Of a DNA stretch of 64,000 nt, positions 50,719 through 61,140 are shown piece after piece. Below the pieces are notes generated by a model. That model did no database searches, had not been told where the DNA came from, and saw only the letters and a list, made by a program, of their open reading frames with translations. Source of the stretch: an uncultured Clostridia bacterium (lineage in GTDB: Bacteria; Bacillota; Clostridia; TANB77; CAG-508); contig CATLHF010000007.1 in NCBI GenBank assembly GCA_949948835.1, positions 15,354 to 79,353 on the forward strand, written 5' to 3'. Numbering within the stretch: position 1 is the first letter of the stretch; each line of letters starts with the position of its first letter. The translations under genes were made by a program, and so were the position numbers.

Positions 50719-51189
50719 ATGAAAAAAACAGAAGAAAAAGGAATTACATTAGTAACGTTAGTAGTTACTATTATTGTTATGATTATCATTACATCAGTTG
50801 GTATTTATACAGGAACAAGTATTCTAAAACAAACAAGTTTGCAAAATATTAATACGAATATGATGTTAATACAAGCAAAAACAAAAACAATTTCCGAGCA
50901 AGCAAAATTCAATAAGGATACCTCAAACTATAAAGGAATAAAATTAATAGAAGTAGTAGGAAATGAAAAGATAGATGAATTGGTTTCTAATCATATTGTG
51001 GAAGATGAAGAAAACTATTACTTATTATCACAAAATGATTTAAATGAAATGGGACTAGAAAAAATTCAGATTTCGGATGGATATATTGTAAATTACGATA
51101 CAGACGAAATTATTTATGTAAAAGGATTTAAAGAAAAAGGTCAAACATATTACAAACTTTCAGAAATGAAGAGTTTAAAAATAGAATAG
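50719..51189 (+). CDS. Pilin-like protein (third member of the G|ITL family)
   Basis: MKKTEEKG|ITLVTLVVTIIVMIIITS; GAGGAGG RBS; immediately upstream of rnhB. Confidence 0.55.
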   Translation: MKKTEEKGITLVTLVVTIIVMIIITSVGIYTGTSILKQTSLQNINTNMMLIQAKTKTISEQAKFNKDTSNYKGIKLIEVVGNEKIDELVSNHIVEDEENYYLLSQNDLNEMGLEKIQISDGYIVNYDTDEIIYVKGFKEKGQTYYKLSEMKSLKIE

Positions 51190-51197
51190 GAAAAGAT

Positions 51198-51830
51198 ATG
51201 AAAGAAAAAGAAGAATTACGATTAATAAAATTAAAAGAAATAGAAGAAAAAATTTATAGTGAGAACAAAGGAATTAATTATATTTGTGGAATTGATGAAG
51301 CAGGAAGAGGACCTCTTGCAGGACCAGTTGTAGTAGCAAGTGTGATTATGCCAAGGGATTCTATGATAGAAGGAGTTAATGATTCTAAAAAAATTTCTGA
51401 AAAAAAGCGTGAAGAATTGTATGATAAAATTTTAGAAGAAGCAATTAGTTATGGTGTGGGAATAATAGACCAAGATGAAATTGATAACATTAATATTTTA
51501 GAAGCAACCAAAAAAGGATTGACCAATTCTTTAAAAGAATTAACCATCAAACCAAATGTTATTTTAGTAGATGCACTAAAAGGAATTGACACATTAGGAA
51601 TTCCGTACAAATCTATTATTAAAGGAGATGCACTATGTTATAGCATTTCAGCAGCATCAATCATTGCAAAAGTAACAAGAGATAGAATTATGAGGCAATG
51701 GGATGAAATTTATCCTCAATATGGATTTGAAAAACACAAAGGATATGGAACAGCAACGCATATTGTAGCAATTAAAGAATACGGACTATGCCCAATTCAT
51801 AGAAGAAGTTTTACTAAAAATTTTATATAA
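51198..51830 (+). CDS. rnhB: Ribonuclease HII
   Basis: GIDEAGRGPLAGPVV, DSKK, ASIIAKV. Confidence 0.9.
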   Translation: MKEKEELRLIKLKEIEEKIYSENKGINYICGIDEAGRGPLAGPVVVASVIMPRDSMIEGVNDSKKISEKKREELYDKILEEAISYGVGIIDQDEIDNINILEATKKGLTNSLKELTIKPNVILVDALKGIDTLGIPYKSIIKGDALCYSISAASIIAKVTRDRIMRQWDEIYPQYGFEKHKGYGTATHIVAIKEYGLCPIHRRSFTKNFI

Positions 51831-51847
51831 GAAAAGAGAGAACACAA

Positions 51848-53149
51848 ATGAATATTTTAGAAATTATTGCAAAAAAGAGAGATAAAAAAATATTAGATAA
51901 AGAAGAAATTGAATATTTTATAAAAGAATATACAAATGGAAATGTAACAGACTATCAAGCAGCAGCTCTTGTTATGGCCATTTATATAAATGGTATGAAT
52001 GATGAAGAAATTACGAATCTTACCATAGCAATGGCACATTCAGGAGAAATGTTAGATTTATCAGTATTTGGCAGAAATGTGGTAGATAAACATAGTACAG
52101 GAGGAGTTGGAGATAAGGTAACATTAATTTTAGCTCCTATTATTGCATCTTTTGGAATACCAGTTGCCAAAATGTCTGGAAGAGGATTAGGATTTACTGG
52201 TGGAACAATTGATAAATTAGAGTCAATCCCAGGATATTGTACGAACATTTCAATAGAAGAGTTTGTTGAAAATGTAAAAAACATTGGGATTAGTTTAATT
52301 GGACAAACTTTAAATTTAGCACCAGCTGATAAAAAAATATACGCATTACGAGATACCATTAGTTGTACTGATAGCATACCACTAATTGCTTCTAGCATTA
52401 TGAGTAAAAAAATAGCAGCAGGAGCAAATAAAATTGTATTAGATGTTACTTGTGGAAGTGGAGCCTTCATGCAAACTTATGAAGAAGCAAAAATGTTATC
52501 AGAAACAATGAATCGTATTGGAAAACTAGCAACTAAAGAAACCGTTTGTGTAATCACCAATATGGAAGAACCATTAGGATATGCGATAGGAAATAATTTA
52601 GAAGTAATAGAAGCTGTCAAATTTTTAAAACAAGACATGCCAGAAGATGTAAAAGAAGTGGTTTTAGAACTAGGGGCATATATGATAAAACTAGCAGGTT
52701 TAGGAGAAAATATCGAAGAAAATAAACAAAGAATATTAGAAAAAGTAAGAAGTGGAGAGGCATATCAAAAACTCATCGAACTTGTAAAAAATCAAGGTGG
52801 AGATACGACTTATTTAGATGATACCAATCAATTTGCAAAAGCAAAATATATTTTAGAAGTAAAAGCAAAACAAGGTGGATATATAGCTAGTATTGCTGCA
52901 AGACAAGTAGGAGAATTATCTGGATATCTTGGAGCAGGAAGAGTAAGAAAAGAAGATCCAATTGATGAAACTGTAGGAATTATATTAAAGAAAAAAACAG
53001 GAGATTTTGTACAACTAGGAGAAGTGTTAGCATATATTCATGCAAATGATGAAGAAAAAGGGAAAAAAGCAGTAGAAGAATTGCAAAATATTTATCAAAT
53101 ACAAGTTGAAAAAACACAAAAACTAAAAACGATTATAGATGTTAGATGA
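51848..53149 (+). CDS. pdp: Pyrimidine-nucleoside (thymidine) phosphorylase
   Basis: DKHSTGGVGDK, SGRGLGFTGGTIDKLESIPG. Confidence 0.9.
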   Translation: MNILEIIAKKRDKKILDKEEIEYFIKEYTNGNVTDYQAAALVMAIYINGMNDEEITNLTIAMAHSGEMLDLSVFGRNVVDKHSTGGVGDKVTLILAPIIASFGIPVAKMSGRGLGFTGGTIDKLESIPGYCTNISIEEFVENVKNIGISLIGQTLNLAPADKKIYALRDTISCTDSIPLIASSIMSKKIAAGANKIVLDVTCGSGAFMQTYEEAKMLSETMNRIGKLATKETVCVITNMEEPLGYAIGNNLEVIEAVKFLKQDMPEDVKEVVLELGAYMIKLAGLGENIEENKQRILEKVRSGEAYQKLIELVKNQGGDTTYLDDTNQFAKAKYILEVKAKQGGYIASIAARQVGELSGYLGAGRVRKEDPIDETVGIILKKKTGDFVQLGEVLAYIHANDEEKGKKAVEELQNIYQIQVEKTQKLKTIIDVR

Positions 53150-53220
53150 TTTTAGGGACGGGGGTAAAAATCACCTTCTTTAATGGAAGGATGATTTTTA
53201 CCCCCGTCCCTAAAATCATC
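53145..53220. repeat. Palindromic repeat element, copy 2
   Basis: GATGATTTTAGGGACGGGGGTAAAAATCA (53145-53173) and ATGATTTTTACCCCCGTCCCTAAAATCATC (53191-53220); one C/T difference from copy 1 in each arm (self-complementary within each copy); overlaps the pdp stop codon. Confidence 0.9.
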
Positions 53221-53221
53221 T

Positions 53222-53455
53222 TTATTCAATTCTTCGTTCTTTTTGCTCTTTATTTCCACATAAACGGTCATATTCTTTACATTTGATTTTATAATCCATT
53301 TGTTGAGATAAATAACGGTAGTACATATAGGCTTGTTCATATTGCACCATAGGATTAAACATTGGGTCTTGATACATCGCATCATTTACCATATTTGGGT
53401 TAAATGTCATATTATCATATGGGGAAAAACCATTAAAATCATTGCTTCGTTCCAT
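53222..53455 (-). CDS. Small Met/Asn/Tyr-rich hypothetical protein (77 aa)
   Basis: AAGGAGTG RBS; ends at the palindromic element; no motif recognised. Confidence 0.5.
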   Translation of the reverse strand: MERSNDFNGFSPYDNMTFNPNMVNDAMYQDPMFNPMVQYEQAYMYYRYLSQQMDYKIKCKEYDRLCGNKEQKERRIE

Positions 53456-53505
53456 AAAATCACTCCTTTTTTATAAATGTATTTAAGTAAAAGGTCTTTT
53501 ATAAC

Positions 53506-54690
53506 TTAAGTCTTTACTTTTTTTCGAGAGAATAAAAATATAGTAAAACTAATCATCAGTATCAAAATAGAAACAGGGTATATATTAAAGTAAGAAGTGT
53601 AGAGATTTATTTTTTCCACATTACCTGAAAAGATAGGAGTAATATCAAAGTTAAAAATAGGGAAAATGTGAATAAGTGCATAGGTTAAAATAGCAGCAAT
53701 AGTACCTTGTAGTAATTTTCCATAAAAATAAGCTTTTATCGAAATGTCTGATTTTGAGGTAATGCTTAATACTTGTAATAAAACGCTAATGCCACCAAAA
53801 CCTAATAAAAATGCAGATATTACAATGTTAATTCCAATATGTTTAGTTGTAATATTAGAAACAATACTTAATCCATTGGTTAATTCAATAATGCCAGATA
53901 AGATAGATTTTATAAAATCAGGAGAAATTTTTAATGTATGAAAAAGTGGTGTTAGTAATAGTGTAATTAATTCGAAGAAATGGCAGTTGTTTAAAATAGA
54001 AATAATCACACTAAAAAGAATTACAAATCCACCAATCATAACAATAGTATGTACAGAATTTATAATGCTAGTAGCAAGGATTTCTCCTAAATTGGAAAAA
54101 TGTACATTATGATTAGAGCTAGTAGTTTCTTTAAAAGAATTTATTTTTTCTCTATCGCGATATTTCCAGAAACGAAAGATAAATCCAACTAAAATACAAC
54201 TAATAAGATGTGTGATAAAAAGCAGTAACCCAATTTCAGTATTGCCGAACATCGAAATTCCAACGGTTCCAATGATAAATAGAGGACCAGAATTATTGGT
54301 AAAAGCAAGAAGTCTTTCTGCTTCTGCTTTTGTACATAAGCCATCGTTTCGAAAGCTTGTAACAATTTTAGCACCAACTGGATATCCAGAAATAATGCCC
54401 ATGATAAAAGCATAGGCGCCAAGTCCTGGAACATTAAATATAGGACGCATATAACGATTAAATAGTTTACCAATGTTAGAAACAATATTGGTATGACTTA
54501 ATAATTCTGTTGCAATAAAAAAAGGTAATAATGCAGGAACTACAGAATTTGCCCAAAGTAACAATCCCGTTTTGGTTGCTTGTAAGTTTTGGTTAGAAAA
54601 TACTACTAAACATACTGTAAAAGCTACAAATATAAATGGTAAAATATTTTTTTTCAATGATAAGAAAAGAAAATGGGATTTATGCTTCAT
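53506..54690 (-). CDS. ylbJ: Sporulation integral membrane protein YlbJ (nucleoside-recognition/Gate-domain family)
   Basis: LLLWANSVVPALLPFFI..., GIISGYPVGAK; start at the ATG at 54690 after AGGAGTG. Confidence 0.7.
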   Translation of the reverse strand: MKHKSHFLFLSLKKNILPFIFVAFTVCLVVFSNQNLQATKTGLLLWANSVVPALLPFFIATELLSHTNIVSNIGKLFNRYMRPIFNVPGLGAYAFIMGIISGYPVGAKIVTSFRNDGLCTKAEAERLLAFTNNSGPLFIIGTVGISMFGNTEIGLLLFITHLISCILVGFIFRFWKYRDREKINSFKETTSSNHNVHFSNLGEILATSIINSVHTIVMIGGFVILFSVIISILNNCHFFELITLLLTPLFHTLKISPDFIKSILSGIIELTNGLSIVSNITTKHIGINIVISAFLLGFGGISVLLQVLSITSKSDISIKAYFYGKLLQGTIAAILTYALIHIFPIFNFDITPIFSGNVEKINLYTSYFNIYPVSILILMISFTIFLFSRKKVKT

Positions 54691-54816
54691 TAAAAACACT
54701 CCTAAATAAAAGTTAGTAATATATATGAAAAAAATATTGTAATATGCATGGGGGTATGATATATTGTTAAAAGAATGTAAAAGAGTAAATAAAAAATACA
54801 AGTTGGAGGACCTATT

Positions 54817-56056
54817 ATGTGGGGAGATATTGCAATAGCATTCTTACTTGCTTTTATTACAGCATTTGTTGTAACACCATATACAATAAAACTTGCAAAA
54901 AAAGTAGGTGCGATTGATTTACCAAAAGATGAAAGAAGAATTAATAAAAAACCAATGCCAAGATTAGGAGGACTTGCTGTTATTGCAGGATTTTTGGTAT
55001 CAATTATTTACCTAATTGCTATTTTAGGAATTGAAGGAAGCCTAAACTTACGGAGTAGAACAATATAATATAAAATTAGCTGGTTTTTTACTAGGAGCTC
55101 TTATCATTATTATTACTTGCTTTATTGATGATGTGAAAGGATTACCAGCATTAGTGAAACTAATAGCACAACTAATAGCAGCAGTAATTGTTATGAAAAG
55201 TGGAATTATGATAGAACATATTGATATACCATTTTTTAATAAAGAAGGATTAACAGAATTAAATCAAGTTTTTTCGGTTATACTAACAGTAGGATGGATT
55301 ATAGGAATTACCAATGCGATTAATTTAATTGATGGATTAGATGGACTTTCCTCTGGAATTTCATTAATATCTTGTTTATCGCTTTTAATTATATTTTCCT
55401 TAAATTATTCACCAATTATTGCGATTCTTATGATAACAGCTCTTGCAGGAGCGTTAACAGGATTTCTACCATTTAATTTTAATCCTGCAAAAACTTTTAT
55501 TGGAGATACTGGCTCTAATTTCTTAGGATTTTCATTAGCTGTTATATCCATATTAGGAGTAGCAAAAACATATACATTAATTGTAATTGTAGCACCATTA
55601 ATCGTACTTGCACTACCTGTGTTTGATACACTATTTGCTATTATTAGAAGATTAATTAAAGGAAAATCATTAAAAGCAGTTGTCATGCCAGATAAAGGAC
55701 ATCTACATCATAAAATGCTAAAAAATGGTTTTACTCAAAAGGAAGCAGTTTTAATCTTATATGGAATTAGTGCAACACTTGGCATGTTTGCAATTGTATT
55801 ATTAGAAAGTGGAATATGGAAAGCACTATCGTTTGCATTAATTGTGATAGCAGTAGTCGCACTTGGCTATAAAAATATATTTAAATTAAGAGGAGGGAAA
55901 GAAATGTACAAATGTCTTGCTTGTGGATATGAATATAATCCAGAAATAGGAGATCCAGACAATGGAATTGCACCAGGAACAGCATTCGAAGATTTACCAG
56001 ATACTTGGGTATGCCCATTATGTGGAGTAGGAAAAGATATGTTCGAAGAAGAATAA
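54817..56056 (+). CDS. MraY/WecA-family polyprenyl-phosphate sugar-phosphate transferase (TagO/WecA-like), frame restored at one in-frame CGG and continuing without a stop into a rubredoxin domain
   Basis: The 54817-55068 frame ends ...LNLRSRTI*; skipping the C at 55051 gives ...[36 protein letters not shown]... continuous with 55133-56056; motifs [19 protein letters not shown]. Confidence 0.75.
55904..56056 (+). CDS. Rubredoxin (either a fused C-terminal domain or an internally initiated product)
   Basis: [49 protein letters not shown]; own GAGGAGGG RBS 8 nt upstream, but in-frame with no stop after the transferase. Confidence 0.8.
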   Translation: MYKCLACGYEYNPEIGDPDNGIAPGTAFEDLPDTWVCPLCGVGKDMFEEE

Positions 56057-56065
56057 AAATAAGAT

Positions 56066-56100
56066 AAGATTGGAAAATGTGATTTCCAATCTTTCTTTTT
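56066..56100 (+). terminator. Rho-independent terminator
   Basis: AAGATTGGAAA / TTTCCAATCTT hairpin plus T-run. Confidence 0.7.
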
Positions 56101-56148
56101 GCTCAAATATATGATATAATTCATCTGTTAAAAGAGAGGAAGAAGAAA

Positions 56149-57033
56149 ATGGAAAATAACGATAGAATGATAAGAATGTTAGCATATGATGGAAGAGTAA
56201 GTATTATATGTGCTAATACTACATATTTAGTAGAAAAAGTAAGAAATATACATGATTTAAGTCCAGTAGCAACAGCAGCATTTGGAAGAGCATTAACCGC
56301 TACAGCTTTAATGGCTGTTAATATGAAAAATGAAAAGGATAAATTAACTGTTCAAATAAAAGGAAATGGACCAATTGGTGGAATGGTGGTTGTTTCAGAT
56401 TATTTCCCTAAATTAAAAGGGTATGTACAAAATCCAGTAGTTGATTTACCATTAAAAAATGGGAAACTAGACGTTGGAGGAGCTGTTGGACAAGAAGGGT
56501 ATTTAAATATTGTAAAAGATATTGGATTAAAAGACCCTTATATTGGAATGGTACCACTCGTTTCTGGAGAAATTGCAGAAGATTTTGCATCCTATTTTGC
56601 AAGTTCAGAACAAACCAATACAGCGGTTAATTTAGGCGTATTAGTAGACAGAAAGGGTGTTAGAAAAAGTGGAGGTTACATTGTAACACCAATGCCAGAT
56701 GCGACGGAAGATGATTTGTTTATATTAGAAAATAGAATTCGAGAAGCAAAACCACTAAGCCAAATGTTAGATGAAAATATGAGTTTATTAGACATTGCAA
56801 AAGACTTAACAGGAGACGAAAACATTCAAATTATTGACGAAAACATCATGCCTCTTTATGAATGTGATTGCAGTAAAGAAAAAATTGAAAGAGGACTAAT
56901 TTCCTTAGGAAAAGAGGAGTTACAAGATATTATTCATACACAAGTAAACATTGAAACCGTATGTCATTTTTGTAATAAGAAATATACATTTCAGAAAGAA
57001 GAATTAGAAAAATTATTAGAAGATATGAAATAG
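56149..57033 (+). CDS. hslO: Redox-regulated chaperone Hsp33
   Basis: N-terminal MIRMLAYDGRVSIICANTT..., C-terminal zinc centre CDCS...CHFCNKKY. Confidence 0.85.
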   Translation: MENNDRMIRMLAYDGRVSIICANTTYLVEKVRNIHDLSPVATAAFGRALTATALMAVNMKNEKDKLTVQIKGNGPIGGMVVVSDYFPKLKGYVQNPVVDLPLKNGKLDVGGAVGQEGYLNIVKDIGLKDPYIGMVPLVSGEIAEDFASYFASSEQTNTAVNLGVLVDRKGVRKSGGYIVTPMPDATEDDLFILENRIREAKPLSQMLDENMSLLDIAKDLTGDENIQIIDENIMPLYECDCSKEKIERGLISLGKEELQDIIHTQVNIETVCHFCNKKYTFQKEELEKLLEDMK

Positions 57034-57040
57034 AACAATT

Positions 57041-57071
57041 AAAAGCCTAGTATGTTTTATACTAGGCTTTT
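57041..57071. terminator. Bidirectional terminator (hslO / ppaC)
   Basis: AAAAGCCTAGTAT / ATACTAGGCTTTT. Confidence 0.7.
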
Positions 57072-57081
57072 AATTTTATTT

Positions 57082-58005
57082 TTATAATACATTTAAAATA
57101 ATTGGTGCTACTTGTTTTTTTCTAGAAACAACTCCTTCTAAGAATGCCATATTGTTTTGGACTGTTTTTGAAAATGCTTTTTCAAAAGTTAAAGTATCTC
57201 CTAACACAATTGCTTGTGAGTTGCTATTTATGATATCTGTGATTAGAAGAACAAACATATTAGAACCATTTTCCTTCATAAAATTGTTCATAGCAGTTTC
57301 AATTGCTTCTTTATTTTGTAATACATCCTCAATACAAGCAGTATTTACTTGTGCTACTTGAAATTTGTAATCTCCATTTGCAAATTCTTTTGAATCAATA
57401 TTAATTAATTCTTCTGGAGTAAAATCACTTAAGTCTGTTCCTGCTTTTAACATATCTAATCCATAAGTATTAATATCAATATTAGCAATTTTAGCCAATT
57501 CTTCACATGCTGCTATATCATATTTTGTACAAGTTGGTGATTTAAATAGTAACGTATCTGATATGATAGCAGAAAGCATTAATACAGCTTCTTTCTTCTC
57601 AATTTCATGACCAAGTCTTTTAAAATCTTCAAATAATATTGTTGCAGTACAACCATATGGTTTTGCGGTATAATATAAAGGCTCTGATGTTTCAAAATTT
57701 GCAATTCTATGATGATCAGTAACTCCTAATATTTTAGCTTTTTCAATTCCATTTGCACTTTGAGCAAATTCATTGTGGTCAACTAGTAATACAGTTTGTC
57801 CTTCTTTTACATCTTCTATTAATTCAGGAGCTTCAATTCCTAAATAATCTAAAACGAATTGTGTTTCTTTATTTACATTTCCTAATCTAACTGCTTTTGT
57901 ATTTTTCCATCCATTTTTTTTATCTAAAATTTCGTGTACTAAACTTGAACAAATCGAATCCGTATCTGGGTTCTTATGTCCAAAAATAAGTGTCATTTCT
58001 TCCAT
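57082..58005 (-). CDS. ppaC: Manganese-dependent inorganic pyrophosphatase (DHH family II)
   Basis: FGHKNPDTDSICS, DHH motif VTDHHRI, DHHA2-type C-terminal domain. Confidence 0.9.
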   Translation of the reverse strand: MEEMTLIFGHKNPDTDSICSSLVHEILDKKNGWKNTKAVRLGNVNKETQFVLDYLGIEAPELIEDVKEGQTVLLVDHNEFAQSANGIEKAKILGVTDHHRIANFETSEPLYYTAKPYGCTATILFEDFKRLGHEIEKKEAVLMLSAIISDTLLFKSPTCTKYDIAACEELAKIANIDINTYGLDMLKAGTDLSDFTPEELINIDSKEFANGDYKFQVAQVNTACIEDVLQNKEAIETAMNNFMKENGSNMFVLLITDIINSNSQAIVLGDTLTFEKAFSKTVQNNMAFLEGVVSRKKQVAPIILNVL

Positions 58006-58043
58006 AATTCATTCTCCTTTTTTAAAATCTAACTTATATCATA

Positions 58044-58083
58044 CAAAAAAAATGATAAAAAATCAAGGTTTTTATCATTTTTT
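58044..58083 (-). terminator. Terminator after deoD
   Basis: AATGATAAAAA / TTTTTATCATT hairpin with a T-run on the minus strand. Confidence 0.6.
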
Positions 58084-58088
58084 AATGG

Positions 58089-58809
58089 CTAAATTAAAAT
58101 GGCACTTTCAAGTCCTAAACGTATCATTTGATTTAGAGAGTTTTGTCTTTGCTCAGCGGATGCTTTTTCGTTATAGTAATAAGAATCAACAACGGTAAGT
58201 AAGCAACTTGCATGTCTATTTAATAATTGTGCATTATAAAATAGTGCGAAAGCTTCCATTTCAGCTCCTGTAATGTGATACTCTTTTGGAATTCTACTTA
58301 ACATTTCATTCATATTCGTCATATATCGGTCAAATACTTCTCCACATAGTGTATTTGCTTTTACAATAGGAATGGACAACGCGTTTGAAGCTTGTTCAAT
58401 TTTAGAATTTAACATATCACTAGAAGAAATATAGTGACAATTCTCATTATTTAGGCTAAGAGCATAGTTACTTTCCGTATAAGTGTTATCTACTAAAACT
58501 AAATCAAACATTTTTAGGTCACTAGTGTAGCCTCCACAAGAACCAAGCCTTATAATGCTTTGGACATCATAGAACTTAAATAATTCATACGAATAAATTC
58601 CCATACTTGGAATTCCCATACCGTGATGCCATAACAGTTAATTCTTTTCCTTTATAGGTTCCAGTGTAAGCATAAATATTACGAACAGAGCTTACCAATT
58701 TTACATTTTCTAAATAAGTTTCTGCAATCAATTTTGCACGAAGCGGGTCTCCTGGCATTAAAACCGTTTTTGCAATTTCTCCTTTTTTTGCTTCAATATG
58801 TGGTGTCAT
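58089..58809 (-). CDS. deoD: Purine nucleoside phosphorylase, DeoD type, frame restored at one in-frame CGG
   Basis: [26 protein letters not shown]. The 0 frame ends ...[17 protein letters not shown]; skipping the C at 58623 gives [23 protein letters not shown]... continuous with 58089-58619 (239 aa). Confidence 0.85.
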
Positions 58810-58925
58810 AATTACCTCCTATATCCTTGTTAATGGTATTATATACTAAATATGGAGAAATAGTCTAGAAAAAACAAGAAAAATGTGATAAAATAGAAAC
58901 AATTTTAAAAAGAAAGAGGAAATAT

Positions 58926-60233
58926 ATGAAAATAGGATATATATCACTTGGTTGTAGTAAAAATTTAGTCGATACAGAAATGATGATAGGGTTATTTGAA
59001 AAACATGGTTTTGAAACAGTCAATAATCCCAAAGTAGCAGATATCATCTTAATTAATACTTGTGGGTTTATTGAAAGTGCGAAAGAAGAGGCAATTAATA
59101 CGATTTTAGAAATGTGTGAATATAAAAAGAAAAAATGTAAATATGTGATTGCAACAGGGTGTTTAGTAAAACGATATAAAGAGGAATTAGAAAAAGCGAT
59201 TCCAGAAGTAGATTTATGGATTGGCTGTAATGATTATGACGAGTTTTGGCAGGAAGTTGCAAAAGCATTATCACAAATAGAAGAAAAAGAAGATAATTTA
59301 GATTACTGCAATCGTAGGATTACAACAGGAGAAAAAACAGCTTATTTAAAAATTGCAGAGGGTTGCAGTAACCATTGTACATATTGTGCGATTCCTATGA
59401 TTCGAGGACCATTTATTAGTAGAAAGCAAGAAGATATTATAAAAGAAGCAAAAAAGTTAGCCGATAAAGGATTCCAAGAACTAATTGTGATTGCACAAGA
59501 TACGACAAAATATGGAATCGATTTATATGGAAAACCAAGACTTGCAAGCTTATTAAAAGAATTAGAAAGTATTGAAAACATTAAATGGATTCGTTTTTTA
59601 TATTCTTATCCAGAAACGATTACAGATGAATTAATTGAAGTAGTAAAAAATAGCAATAAAGTTTGCCATTATTTTGATATTCCAATTCAACATATTGCAA
59701 ATCCAGTTTTAAAAAGAATGAACAGGCATAGTGATGGACAAAGTATTCGAAATGTAATTGCCAAAATTCGAAACGAAATTCCAGACGTTATTATTAGAAG
59801 TACGGTTATGGTAGGATTTCCAGGAGAAACGAAAGAGGATTTCCAAGAACTATATGATTTTATAAAAGAAGTAAACTTTGACAAGTTAGGGGCGTTTGCT
59901 TATTCAAAAGAAGAAGGAACGCCAGCGTATCGTTTAAAAGAACAATTACATCCACAAACCAAAAAGAGTAGATACAATAAGATTATGAAATTACAACAAG
60001 AAATTTCTAAAAATAATTTACAAGAAAAGATAGGAAATACGTATCCTGTATTAATAGAAGCTGTTTCTTTTGATGGAAATTATTATATTGGAAGAAGTTA
60101 CATGGATGTACCAGATATGGATGGGGTTGTGTTTATAAAAAATAGTGATAAGACAAAAGAGAAAATAGGAGAATTTGTTTTTTGCAAAATAACAGATGTA
60201 CAAGATTATGATTTAATGGGAGAAATCGTATAA
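58926..60233 (+). CDS. rimO: Ribosomal protein S12 methylthiotransferase
   Basis: UPF0004 N-terminal domain (ISLGCSKNLVDTE), radical-SAM CSNHCTYC, TRAM C-terminus. Confidence 0.85.
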   Translation: MKIGYISLGCSKNLVDTEMMIGLFEKHGFETVNNPKVADIILINTCGFIESAKEEAINTILEMCEYKKKKCKYVIATGCLVKRYKEELEKAIPEVDLWIGCNDYDEFWQEVAKALSQIEEKEDNLDYCNRRITTGEKTAYLKIAEGCSNHCTYCAIPMIRGPFISRKQEDIIKEAKKLADKGFQELIVIAQDTTKYGIDLYGKPRLASLLKELESIENIKWIRFLYSYPETITDELIEVVKNSNKVCHYFDIPIQHIANPVLKRMNRHSDGQSIRNVIAKIRNEIPDVIIRSTVMVGFPGETKEDFQELYDFIKEVNFDKLGAFAYSKEEGTPAYRLKEQLHPQTKKSRYNKIMKLQQEISKNNLQEKIGNTYPVLIEAVSFDGNYYIGRSYMDVPDMDGVVFIKNSDKTKEKIGEFVFCKITDVQDYDLMGEIV

Positions 60234-60237
60234 AGAA

Positions 60238-60273
60238 TAAAAATGGGTCGACGAAGATGTCGACCCTTATATT
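60238..60273. terminator. Bidirectional terminator (rimO / rubrerythrin)
   Basis: GGGTCGAC / GTCGACCC stem, 6-nt loop. Confidence 0.6.
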
Positions 60274-60805
60274 AATAATTTTCTGCTTGAATTTCAAAGA
60301 ATGATTTTGGATGTGCACATACAGGGCAAACTTCTGGGGCTTCTAATCCAACATGAATATGTCCGCAGTTACGGCATTTCCAAATGACAATACTTCCTTT
60401 TTTAAAGACAGTACCATCTTGTACATTTTCTAATAATTTACGATATCTTTCTTCATGGTGTTTTTCAACTTCACCAATTTGACGGAAACGATTTGCAATT
60501 TCTTTAAAACCTTCTTCTTCTGCTTCTTCAGCAAAACGGGCATACATATCGGTCCATTCATAATTTTCACCAGCTGCTGCATCTGCAAGGTTTGCCATTG
60601 TATCACCAATTCCATTTAAATATTTAAAATGAATTTTTGCATGTTCTTTTTCATTTTCAGCTGTTTCTAAGAAAAGAGCGGCAATTTGTTCATATCCTTC
60701 CTTCTTTGCTACACTTGCAAAATAAGTGTATTTATTTCTGGCTTCTGATTCACCAGAAAAAGCAGCTTTTAAATTTGCTTCTGTTTTAGATCCTTTTAAT
60801 TCCAT
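60272..60805 (-). CDS. rbr: Rubrerythrin
   Basis: Di-iron ferritin-like domain ([12 protein letters not shown]...EKEHAK) plus a C-terminal rubredoxin-like CRNC...CPVC; start at the ATG at 60805 after AGGAGG. Confidence 0.85.
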   Translation of the reverse strand: MELKGSKTEANLKAAFSGESEARNKYTYFASVAKKEGYEQIAALFLETAENEKEHAKIHFKYLNGIGDTMANLADAAAGENYEWTDMYARFAEEAEEEGFKEIANRFRQIGEVEKHHEERYRKLLENVQDGTVFKKGSIVIWKCRNCGHIHVGLEAPEVCPVCAHPKSFFEIQAENY

Positions 60806-60980
60806 ATATAACCTCCTATTAATAATTGTAAACATAGTGTAATCCAATATATGGAAAAAGTCAATAGAAATTAGGACAAGTCTGAATAAAAAAGAAAGAT
60901 TTGATTTGATAAAACAGACGAAAAATGAAAATAAACAAAAGAACAAATAGAAAAAAGTGGAAAAATGTAGAAAGAAAATC

Positions 60981-61009
60981 TTGACATGAATTTTAAAATG
61001 TATTATAAT
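60981..61009 (+). promoter_or_regulatory. Consensus promoter upstream of the MATE gene
   Basis: TTGACA (60981-60986), 17 nt, TATAAT (61004-61009). Confidence 0.65.
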
Positions 61010-61140
61010 ACCAATTTAAGAAAACGCAAAAGTATGAATGGAAACGAACATTATAGTAAGCTATAATGACTAACGAACAACACATTTCATGTGTTGTTTT
61101 TATGTGCCTTATTTGTACTAAAATAAAAAAGGAGGAAAAC

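Noticed and set aside
53152-53385. 77-aa ORF on the minus strand (MMRCIKTQ...DFYPRP)
   Set aside because: Its 3' part is simply the translated palindromic repeat, and it overlaps in another frame the better-supported gene 53222-53455, which has an RBS. It is spurious.
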